A stretch of DNA of 64,000 nucleotides from Archangium sp. Lineage in GTDB: Bacteria > Myxococcota > Myxococcia > Myxococcales > Myxococcaceae. The stretch spans positions 1-64,000 of the forward strand of contig JANLPS010000055.1 in the NCBI GenBank assembly GCA_031367385.1. Direction: 5' to 3'. The notes beneath the pieces are model-generated. The model was not told the origin of the DNA, did not search any database, and saw only the letters and a program-made list of their open reading frames with translations. Of the stretch, positions 56,227 through 64,000 are shown piece by piece. Both the position numbers and the translations under genes were made by a program. Positions within the stretch are counted from its first letter, which is position 1. Each line of letters begins with the position of its first letter.

Positions 56227-56610
56227 TCAGTGCTTGAGCTGCTGGTGGCCTTGAGGGCCCTCGATGCCGTGGCTCATCACGAAGCTGTAGAGTGGAAAAT
56301 TGTCATCTCGGGTGCCGCCCACGCACTCGAACAGCCAGGCGTTGCGCTGCGGCTCTTCGAGGTCTGGCGAGGTCTGAACGAAGAGCACGTCTGTGCGCTC
56401 GATGACGATCTCAGCCACCAAGACCTTGCCCAGAATCGCCTGGCACACCGCCCGACCATCGTCTTCCTCGAAAAAATCCCAGTGGAGCGCCTCGTGATCG
56501 AACACCGACATCTCCCCGGCGCCCGCGCGAATGACGCAATTGCTGTGGTCCTGCAGCCACTTCCAGAACAGGTCGAACGTCAGCGGCGCAGGGGTCGAGG
56601 TGCTCGGCAT
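56227..56610 (-). CDS. Hypothetical acidic cytoplasmic protein
   Basis: 127-aa ORF with good codon usage (LTFDLFWKWL..H.NC...FVMSHG). Confidence 0.75.
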   Translation of the reverse strand: MPSTSTPAPLTFDLFWKWLQDHSNCVIRAGAGEMSVFDHEALHWDFFEEDDGRAVCQAILGKVLVAEIVIERTDVLFVQTSPDLEEPQRNAWLFECVGGTRDDNFPLYSFVMSHGIEGPQGHQQLKH

Positions 56611-56950
56611 TCACTGCCCTTACCTGCTCGGTTGATGCTGCGCGAGCGTTCGATGCGCGACGCAAAAGGCTGCGACTGCACCGCGCCCACCCGCGACGTG
56701 GCGAGCACCGCATCACGCCGTTCGACGAGGCTTGAGTTCGATCGGCGCCCACCGTTCGGAGCCTCACCGCTCGAAGCCTGTGGGCCGCAGCGTCGCAAGC
56801 GCTTGAAATAACGTCATTTCAGAGGGTTTCGAGGCGCTGTGACCTGGGTCGATACAAGCGACGGCCCGGCTGGCTCCTCCCTCTCAAAACCTCTAGTGTG
56901 CCGCCGCCGATGTACGTCGCCCCCGCACACCCTCATGAGAGCCGTTCGCC

Positions 56951-59900
56951 ATGACGTCGCGCGCCGACTCGATGTTGGGGCGAACGCTTGGCGACTTCAT
57001 CGTTCGCGAGCGAATCGGCTCGGGCGGCGTCGGAGAAGTATTTCGCGCCGAGCAGGTGACGTTGGGGCGCGAAGCGGTGATCAAAGTGTTGTCGCGCAAC
57101 CGCGAGCTGAGCACGCCCGCGGCCGATCGGTTCTTGCGCGAAGCCCGCTTGGCCTCGCGGCTCGATCACCCCTTTGCCGCGCACATCTACGCCTTCGGTG
57201 CAGAGCCCGACGGCATGCTGTGGATCGCGATGGAGCTGGTTCGGGGCATACCCCTCGACCGGTTGATCTCGACCCAAGGCCCCCTGCCGCTCGCCCGCTT
57301 CGTGCCATTCTTCGAGCGCCTCGCCGAGGTGCTCTACGCGGCGCACGAGCAGGGCATCATTCACCGCGACGTGAAGCCGGCCAACGTGATGGTGCTCAGC
57401 CGCACCGGGAGGCTGCTGCCGAAGTTGCTCGACCTGGGCATCGCGCGGGCCGATTCGTCGTCGAGGCCGGCCACCCAGTCAGTCGCGGTCGACATCGAGA
57501 CGCTCTCCGACGAGCCGGTCGATGATGGCGCGCTGAGCACCAGCGGTGAGCTGATGATCAGCAAGTCGAGAGACGCAACGCTGGCGGGCATGGTCATCGG
57601 CACGCCCCACTTCATGGCGCCCGAGCAGTGGAGCGACGCCTCGAGAGCCGACGTTCGCAGCGACGTCTACAGCCTGGCGATTCTCGCGTACCAGGCCATC
57701 ACCGGGCGGCTGCCGTTCAAAGGGCACTCGCTTCGCTCGATGGCGCGGGCGCACGCGAAGCATGCCCTCCCAGAGTTGGGTGAAGGCCTGCCAAACGCCC
57801 TCTACGCGGTGCTGGCGAAGGCGACAGCGAAGCGGCCCGAAGATCGCTACGCGAGCGCGCTGGAGCTCTCGAGCGCGCTGCGGGTGGCCTCGGGGCTCGA
57901 GTTTGAAGCCGCCTCGCTGCCGCAGCTCGATGATGGGCTGCGCGAGACGGTGTTGGCGCAGGCACCTCAGCCGATCGCCGAGGCGGTGGCGATGCTCGAG
58001 GGTGCACGGTCGCCGCGGCAAGCGGTCGACGCGGTGTCGGCGGTGCAGCGGGTGGTCACCCGGCACCTGGCGATGATGGCGTTGGCAGCGCGGGCTCGCA
58101 TCGGCGCTGGAGGCGAAGACGACACCGAAGAGGTGCTCGGGTTGATCAAACGCGCCGCGGCCGGTCGCATCGATGACGATGCGTGGCGGGCGCTGACCGT
58201 TGGGCTGGTGCAGCCCTTCGCCGATCGCCGCGATGCGCACCCGGTGCCCGAGCTGGTCGCGGTGTTCTTCACCGGCGATGGCCGAACAGGCACCGGCGCG
58301 TTGGCGCTCGAGCGGCTGGCGCAGCTGCCATGGCCAGGGCTCGAGGCAGCGCAAGACGAGCTGATTGCCTTCTTGCACCAGGCGATACCCGCGGCGGGGC
58401 AGGTGCTCTCGACGCTGTCGTTCTTGTTCGACTACTCGCTGGTGGTTCGCCGCAACGACGCCGAGCGTTGGATGGGCACTCGCCGCAGCCGCCGGGTGCC
58501 GCAAGACGTGCTCGGGCCGCAGCCGGTCGACGGAGAGGTCGCGCTGCTCAACTCGGCCGGGTCGATGGTGTTGACGTTGTCTCCGTTGGTGCAGCTGATC
58601 GCACCGAGTGGAGGCGCGATCGAAGAGCTCTTTTACTTCGACGGCCCCGGTCGGCACGGGGCGAGGCTGCTGGCGTTGCCGGGGCCCTTCGAGCGGCAAG
58701 ACTCCGAGCTGTGGGGCTGGTTCTCGCAGAACATCACCGACGTGCTGGCCCCGGTGCACCGGGTGGGGCGCGATGAGCACGAGCCGTACAAGGGGTTGAG
58801 CGCGTTCACCGCGCACGACGCCGACAATTATTTCGGCCGCGAGAAAGAAGCCCAGGGCTTCGCGAACCGCATGCGGGCTGAGCCTTTGCTCGCGGTGGTC
58901 GGGCCTTCAGGGGCTGGCAAGTCGTCATTCATTTCGGCGGGCGTGGTGCCGCTGTTGCCCAGGAGCTGGCGCACGGTGGTGATGCGGCCGGGCACCTCTC
59001 CGTTGGCGGCATTGGAGAAGCGGATGATGGCCGAGAAGCTCGGCGCCGAGGGGCTGGCGGCCAGGGTTCGGCGTGACCCGTTGGCGCTGGCCAATCACGT
59101 CGCAGGGGCGTTGGCGCCGGGTGAGACGCTGCTGTTGGTGCTCGATCAATTCGAAGAGCTGGTGACCCTGTGCGCCGACGTTGAAGAACGTCAGGCCTTC
59201 GCGCGCGCGGTCGCCCATTCGGCCGATCTCGCCGGGAGCCGGGTGCGGGTGGTGATGACCCTGCGCGACGATTTCTTGATTCAAATCACGCAGTTGTCGG
59301 CGTTTCGAGATCGCCTGTCGAGCGCGCTGCAGTTGCTGGCGACTCCGGCGCCAGACGATTTGATGCGCGTGGTGATTGAGCCGGCGCGGCGGGTCGGGTT
59401 CGGGTTCGACGACGAGACGCTGCCAAAGCGAATGGTCGACGCGGTAGCCGAACACTCGGGCGCGTTGGCGCTGCTGTCGTTCACGGCGTCGCAGATGTGG
59501 CTGTTGCGCGACCGGCACCTGCGGCAGATGCGGGCGAAGACGTACGAGGCGATTGGCGGCGTGGGCGGAGCGCTCGCGAACCACGCCGAGCGCACGCTGG
59601 CGCAGCTGGCGATGCCGCAACAGCGGCTGGTGCGAGAGGCGTTTCGCCAGTTGGTGACGGGCCAGGGCACCCGCGCGGTGCTCTCGCGAAAGGAGCTGCT
59701 CGAGGTGCTGGGCAACGACGCGGCCGCCGACGAAGTGCTCGAGACGTTGGTGAGCGCGCGGTTGCTGATTTCGGGCGAGGGCGATGGGCACGAGACGCGC
59801 ACCGAGCTGATTCACGAGTCGCTGATTCATTCGTGGCCGCGGTTGGTGGAGTGGCTGCGGGAAGATGCCGAGACGGCGCGGCTGCGAGATGCGCTGCGCT

Positions 59901-62335
59901 CGTCGGCGCGGCACTGGCTCGAGCGCGGCCGACCCCGCGGGTTGCTCTGGCGCGAAGAGACGCTGGCTGAATTTCAGCTGTGGCGCGCGAGGTTCAGTGG
60001 TGGCCTGACCGAGGCAGAGCGTGCGTTCGCTGACGCGAGCGTGCGGGCGCAGGCGAGGGGTCAGCTGATTCGGCGCGCCTTCGCCGCGGCCGCGTTCGTG
60101 GCGTTGGCGGCGGGGCTGGTGGTGGTGGCGCAGGCGTACCGTTCGGCAGAGGCAGCGCTTGGCGAATCACGGGCGAGCGCGACCAAGGCCCAGCAGCGGC
60201 TGGCGAATTTGCGGCAGGAGCAGGGGCGGTTGGCGATGCTCGAGAACAAGCCGCTCGAGGCGCTGGCCTATCTCGACGCAGCGCGCACAGCGGGAGCGCA
60301 GGGGCCGGCGCTCGACCACATGCTGAATTTGGCGACGTGGCTGACGCGGGGTGAGATTCGCAGATTCGGCGAGGCTGACCCGAGCACCGATGATGTGCTG
60401 TCACCCGATGAGAAGACGCTGGCTATTTTTCACGAGGGGCATGTGACCTTGTGGGACGTCGCCAGTGGCGTCATCAGGTCTAAGATCAAGACTGCGGCCG
60501 TCGCCGGGGCGTTCGCGCCTGATGGGCAGCTGGCGCTCATCAACCCGGAGGGCACTCTCGACTTTTTCGACCAGACCTCGGGCGCGCTCAAGTCGAAGAT
60601 TGAGATCGGGAAGGGGACGTACTTCAGCGTCGAGTTCGATTCTCAAGGCAAATTCATCGTGCTGTCGGGTGTCGGGGATCAGGTTCGAATTGTGCGACGA
60701 TCGGGTGAGGTTATCGCGACGCCGGCTGCCCCGGGCGCTCTCCGACTCTCCACCAAACTCAACCAAGACGGACGTGTGGTCGCAATCTTCGCCGGTCCGT
60801 CTGTCGCCACACCAACTTCGCTCCGAGATGTGAGGTTGGTGAACGTTGAGACAGGCGCACTCGCCTTCAAGATTCATCTTGATGACCCGGCGAGACAGGT
60901 CGTCTTTGGCCCTCTCGATCGGTTCGCGATCGCCGATTCGAATGGGCAGCTCTCGATGGCAAATGTGGGAACCAAGCGGGTCGAGTGGCAACGCCGTGAG
61001 CACGCAGGCCCGATTCAAAGTGTTTCGTTCAGCCCTGGCGGTGACCGATTGATGTCGTTGGGGTTCGACGGCAAGGTTGTCATCTGGGATGCGACCGATG
61101 GTCGAAAGCGACAATCGGTGACACTCGCTTCGGGCCCACTACGTGCTGGGTTCTGGTTGGACTCACGATGGATCGTCGTGCAGCTCCCCGACGGCGTGCT
61201 TCAGAAGGTCAATGTCGAGACCGGCGAACGTGATTGGCGATTCGTCGGTGACGCCGCTCGCGCGAGCGTATGGAGAACTTCAGATGGCGCGACCATTCTC
61301 ACCAGCGCCCCGAACGGAGTCATTCGCAGCTGGGATGCAAGCACGTCGGGAGGCAAAGCGAGGTTGGCCGGGCATCACGTCAACTCAGTGTTTGGGTCAG
61401 GCGTCGCGACAAACCAGGCCGTAGCTTCGAATGACGGCTGGTTCGTACTCGGCGTCGATGATGATTCGACCACTCTTGTAAGAGCGAAGGGGGCGTTTGG
61501 AGACGGTGACGTTGCAGCGCAGATAAGTACCGACGGAACGCATTTAGTGCGGGCCCTTGAGCGAACAGTTCAGGTGTTGAATGAGAAATCGGGCTTCGAG
61601 CTTACGCAAACGCTCACGGACACGAGTTCGATTTTTTCGATAGCCATCGACGCCGCGGGGTCGCGTATCGCAATGCAAACGGACTCTGGAGAAATTTCAC
61701 TTTGGAGTGGGACTCCATTCACCAAGGTGGCGACAATCTCGGCTTTGGGCAGCGACAGACACTCGCCAGGCTTTTTCGTGAACGACGAATTGATAACCGG
61801 TTCGACGACAGGCGTATTGGAGAGATGGGATGCGAAGTCGGGTCAGTCGGTAAGCCGCAGACAGGCTTTCAACTCGCTCATTCTTCCGCTTCAATCGTCG
61901 GTCCCCGATCGGTTTTTCGCCGTCACACTGAATGGCGCCATTCAGGTTTGGTCGTTGAATGCGAACTCCCTCATCACAGAAGTTCCGGGGCTTGGGGTTC
62001 TGCCGCTCGCGGTCGAAATGGACCCCGCTGGCCACTTGCTCTCGGAATTCACGCCTGATGGATCTTGGTCGACCTGGGATCTGCAGGAACATCGGCTTTT
62101 AAGCCGAGTCATCACAATTGGGCCTTTGCGAGATGCTGTCACTAGCCGAGGAACTGTTGCGCTTGTCAGCCACGAGGGCTCCCTCGTGGCATGGCCCGCG
62201 ATCGCGCCTTCTTTCTCTGCGGAGCAGACTGCTCGGGCGGTGCGATGCGGCCCGAGCGAACTTCGCGATGATCGGCTCGAGGAACGGGACGCTGACAGAC
62301 TTCTGGCATGCGCGTCGCTGCCGACTCGCGAATAG
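56951..62335 (+). CDS. Ser/Thr kinase - STAND-type NTPase (nSTAND1-like) - TM - WD40 repeat protein
   Basis: Kinase motifs GSGGVG, HRDVKPAN, DLG and GTPHFMAPE. NTPase motifs PYKGL...YFGRE, GPSGAGKSS, LDQFEEL and ELIHESLI..WPRL. Hydrophobic helix at about 60075-60135, then WD-type blades. Confidence 0.93.
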   Translation: MTSRADSMLGRTLGDFIVRERIGSGGVGEVFRAEQVTLGREAVIKVLSRNRELSTPAADRFLREARLASRLDHPFAAHIYAFGAEPDGMLWIAMELVRGIPLDRLISTQGPLPLARFVPFFERLAEVLYAAHEQGIIHRDVKPANVMVLSRTGRLLPKLLDLGIARADSSSRPATQSVAVDIETLSDEPVDDGALSTSGELMISKSRDATLAGMVIGTPHFMAPEQWSDASRADVRSDVYSLAILAYQAITGRLPFKGHSLRSMARAHAKHALPELGEGLPNALYAVLAKATAKRPEDRYASALELSSALRVASGLEFEAASLPQLDDGLRETVLAQAPQPIAEAVAMLEGARSPRQAVDAVSAVQRVVTRHLAMMALAARARIGAGGEDDTEEVLGLIKRAAAGRIDDDAWRALTVGLVQPFADRRDAHPVPELVAVFFTGDGRTGTGALALERLAQLPWPGLEAAQDELIAFLHQAIPAAGQVLSTLSFLFDYSLVVRRNDAERWMGTRRSRRVPQDVLGPQPVDGEVALLNSAGSMVLTLSPLVQLIAPSGGAIEELFYFDGPGRHGARLLALPGPFERQDSELWGWFSQNITDVLAPVHRVGRDEHEPYKGLSAFTAHDADNYFGREKEAQGFANRMRAEPLLAVVGPSGAGKSSFISAGVVPLLPRSWRTVVMRPGTSPLAALEKRMMAEKLGAEGLAARVRRDPLALANHVAGALAPGETLLLVLDQFEELVTLCADVEERQAFARAVAHSADLAGSRVRVVMTLRDDFLIQITQLSAFRDRLSSALQLLATPAPDDLMRVVIEPARRVGFGFDDETLPKRMVDAVAEHSGALALLSFTASQMWLLRDRHLRQMRAKTYEAIGGVGGALANHAERTLAQLAMPQQRLVREAFRQLVTGQGTRAVLSRKELLEVLGNDAAADEVLETLVSARLLISGEGDGHETRTELIHESLIHSWPRLVEWLREDAETARLRDALRSSARHWLERGRPRGLLWREETLAEFQLWRARFSGGLTEAERAFADASVRAQARGQLIRRAFAAAAFVALAAGLVVVAQAYRSAEAALGESRASATKAQQRLANLRQEQGRLAMLENKPLEALAYLDAARTAGAQGPALDHMLNLATWLTRGEIRRFGEADPSTDDVLSPDEKTLAIFHEGHVTLWDVASGVIRSKIKTAAVAGAFAPDGQLALINPEGTLDFFDQTSGALKSKIEIGKGTYFSVEFDSQGKFIVLSGVGDQVRIVRRSGEVIATPAAPGALRLSTKLNQDGRVVAIFAGPSVATPTSLRDVRLVNVETGALAFKIHLDDPARQVVFGPLDRFAIADSNGQLSMANVGTKRVEWQRREHAGPIQSVSFSPGGDRLMSLGFDGKVVIWDATDGRKRQSVTLASGPLRAGFWLDSRWIVVQLPDGVLQKVNVETGERDWRFVGDAARASVWRTSDGATILTSAPNGVIRSWDASTSGGKARLAGHHVNSVFGSGVATNQAVASNDGWFVLGVDDDSTTLVRAKGAFGDGDVAAQISTDGTHLVRALERTVQVLNEKSGFELTQTLTDTSSIFSIAIDAAGSRIAMQTDSGEISLWSGTPFTKVATISALGSDRHSPGFFVNDELITGSTTGVLERWDAKSGQSVSRRQAFNSLILPLQSSVPDRFFAVTLNGAIQVWSLNANSLITEVPGLGVLPLAVEMDPAGHLLSEFTPDGSWSTWDLQEHRLLSRVITIGPLRDAVTSRGTVALVSHEGSLVAWPAIAPSFSAEQTARAVRCGPSELRDDRLEERDADRLLACASLPTRE

Positions 62336-62463
62336 GCGTCAGGTTACCGCCGGCTTTCGAAGCGCCAGAGAGCTGACGTCTCAACCTTTGGTTTTCATGC
62401 CGCGTCCATCTGGACTGTTTCGTGCTGATACCCCGCGTTCTCAACCACGACGGAGGGTTCGCG

Positions 62464-62604
62464 ATGGCGCCCAAGAAAAAATTACTCACGTTGAACATCA
62501 CCAAACTCAAAGCCCTTAGTGATGACGAAGGCAAAACGGTACAGGGAGGGAGTGGGACGAACTCGACGACTTGCGGAACGACCTACTGCCCCAAAAGCGG
62601 GTAA
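62464..62604 (+). CDS. 46-aa double-glycine-leader peptide, putative RiPP (lanthipeptide-like) precursor
   Basis: GGAGG at 62452-62456 before ATG 62464. Leader MAPKKKLLTLNITKLKALSDDEGKTVQGG and core SGTNSTTCGTTYCPKSG. Confidence 0.75.
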   Translation: MAPKKKLLTLNITKLKALSDDEGKTVQGGSGTNSTTCGTTYCPKSG

Positions 62605-62607
62605 GCC

Positions 62608-62640
62608 AAAGGCGTGAACGGCTCGCTCGTTCACGCCTTT
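62608..62640. terminator. Bidirectional intrinsic terminator candidate
   Basis: Perfect 13-bp stem AAAGGCGTGAACG / CGTTCACGCCTTT with a 7-nt loop, between convergent stop codons. Confidence 0.85.
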
Positions 62641-63121
62641 AGTTGCTCAGCGAAATCACACACCCCTCAATCTTCTTGAGCGCCTGTTTGAGCACCATCT
62701 GGCTCAGCGACTCTCCGTCGATTGAAAAGTCACCCTTCAATGCCTTGCCCGAGTCGCCCTTGACCGACAACCCGTCGGTGAGCGAAATCTGGCTGCCGTG
62801 CACGATCGCGTCGGGGTCGACCTTCGCCGTGCCGCCAATCGCGACGATGCTCTCGGTGACCTCGGCGCCGGCTTCGATCAGCACGTCACCCTTCACCGCC
62901 AGCACCGACTTCACCTTTGCGCCCTTCTTCACCGTCACCTTGCCCTGTAGCGCGATCACATTCTCGACCGTGCGACCGCTCTCGATGACGATGTCTCCGC
63001 GCTTTTGCATCACATCGCCCTTGCCGACGCTGATGTGACAGGTGTCTTTCTTCGCCGCCTCGTCAGCCATCGCCGTGGTGCTGCCCATCGACACGACTGC
63101 CATCACCAAAAGAGCTCGCAT
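62639..63121 (-). CDS. Secreted beta-helix protein (bactofilin/polymer-forming-like repeats)
   Basis: Signal peptide and repeated 'V.A..G.V.I..GA.V' units. Confidence 0.7.
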   Translation of the reverse strand: MRALLVMAVVSMGSTTAMADEAAKKDTCHISVGKGDVMQKRGDIVIESGRTVENVIALQGKVTVKKGAKVKSVLAVKGDVLIEAGAEVTESIVAIGGTAKVDPDAIVHGSQISLTDGLSVKGDSGKALKGDFSIDGESLSQMVLKQALKKIEGCVISLSN

Positions 63122-63137
63122 AGGGCCGCCCCGTACG

Positions 63138-64000
63138 TCACCCTGGGCGAACGATTTCGTCGGCCGCCCAACCAAGCCGCCTCGCCAACGACGGGTCATC
63201 GCGGGTTCGCCAAATGAACCCGTCGAGCAGGTAGTGCGTCGTCTGCGGGAGCGCCAACAGCGGCACGATCAACGACATCGCCACCGCACCCAGCTCGAAA
63301 CCGCCCTCGCCAAAGAACATCGGCCGCTCGTGCCAAACCAGCCTGTCCCAGGCGAGCTCCTCGGCGAAGGCGAGCATCACCAGAAAGCCGCAGAATACGG
63401 GCACACCAAAGCGGAGCACGACACCGAGCGCTCCATAGCCGCCCTCGTCGCGCCGGCGTTGCATGTACCGAAACAGCATCACCAGGTACGGCACGCCGTG
63501 CAGCACGACGTTCATCACCGTGAACGAAAAATCATCGCGCGCCAGCACGATGCCGCCGACCCAGGCCACCCAGGTCGCCGCGAGCAGCGTCACCTTGCCC
63601 GCATGCACCGAGCGCCGAACGAGGGCCCAGGCCAGCCAGCCCACCAGCACCACCGCGTTGAGGCCGAGCGCCCACGTGCCCACCCACCGGGGCAGTGACG
63701 GCACGAAGTCACCCTCGCGAAACCACCAGAACGACCGCGGCAGGTTCGCATGCCACCACACCACCGGCCCGAGCGTCGCGGCGTACATCGTCAGCGCGTC
63801 GAAACGCAGCTGCGCCACCGTGCTGCCGGCCCTCCGCCCGTACAGCGTCATCCACCCGGCTTGTTGCCGAACGAAGTGCCAGACCGCGACATAGGCAAGC
63901 ACCCGCCAGAAGAGCTCACTCGAGACCTGATGCACGGTGACTCCAAGGGCGTAGGCCAGCAGCGGAGCGCCCGCGTACAGCACCGGCCTGCGGCGCAGCT
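63138..64000 (-). CDS. Multi-pass membrane protein (5' end outside the window)
   Basis: WHFVRQQAG, HGVPY and HYLLDGFIW motifs with several TMs. The frame is open to the window edge. Confidence 0.8.
   Translation of the reverse strand, partial: LRRRPVLYAGAPLLAYALGVTVHQVSSELFWRVLAYVAVWHFVRQQAGWMTLYGRRAGSTVAQLRFDALTMYAATLGPVVWWHANLPRSFWWFREGDFVPSLPRWVGTWALGLNAVVLVGWLAWALVRRSVHAGKVTLLAATWVAWVGGIVLARDDFSFTVMNVVLHGVPYLVMLFRYMQRRRDEGGYGALGVVLRFGVPVFCGFLVMLAFAEELAWDRLVWHERPMFFGEGGFELGAVAMSLIVPLLALPQTTHYLLDGFIWRTRDDPSLARRLGWAADEIVRPG

Noticed and set aside
56951..57900. Upstream kinase as a class III/IV lanthipeptide synthetase for the 62464 peptide
   Set aside because: The kinase starts at the N-terminus with no lyase domain, and no LanC-like cyclase is recognisable. 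The rest of the protein is STAND-WD40.
1..64000. GC-skew switch around 48.5 kb
   Set aside because: Plus-strand genes look C-rich left of the origin and G-rich at 58-60 kb, but other right-side segments are C-rich. This cannot be established by eye.

Overview
High-GC, gene-dense chromosomal segment that looks myxobacterial (Myxococcota). This is inferred from three proteins with MYXO-CTERM-like GCGC/TM/basic tails, Cys-rich surface proteins, three Hanks-type Ser/Thr kinases, a 3172-aa TPR protein, a DnaK paralogue and an RpoH-family sigma factor. The window appears to hold the replication origin: dnaA (46916-48265, minus) is divergent from recF, with a dense DnaA-box array between them (48505-48634) and no dnaN or gyrB in the window. 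Other recognisable genes are queC, ddpX, moeB plus a MoaD/ThiS-like carrier, a stand-alone atpH, an ABC-2 pair, a STAS/REC-PP2C pair, TetR and LysR regulators, OsmC and an S1/P1-type nuclease. I saw no rRNA, tRNA, CRISPR array, transposase or integrase. The most interesting observation is near the right end. A kinase-STAND NTPase-TM-WD40 protein has a lower-GC WD40 half and is followed directly by a 46-aa double-glycine-leader, Ser/Thr/Cys-rich peptide gene with its own RBS and terminator. This looks like an orphan RiPP/lanthipeptide-like precursor and may form a receptor-plus-peptide cassette. All calls are by eye from motifs; no database searches were run.
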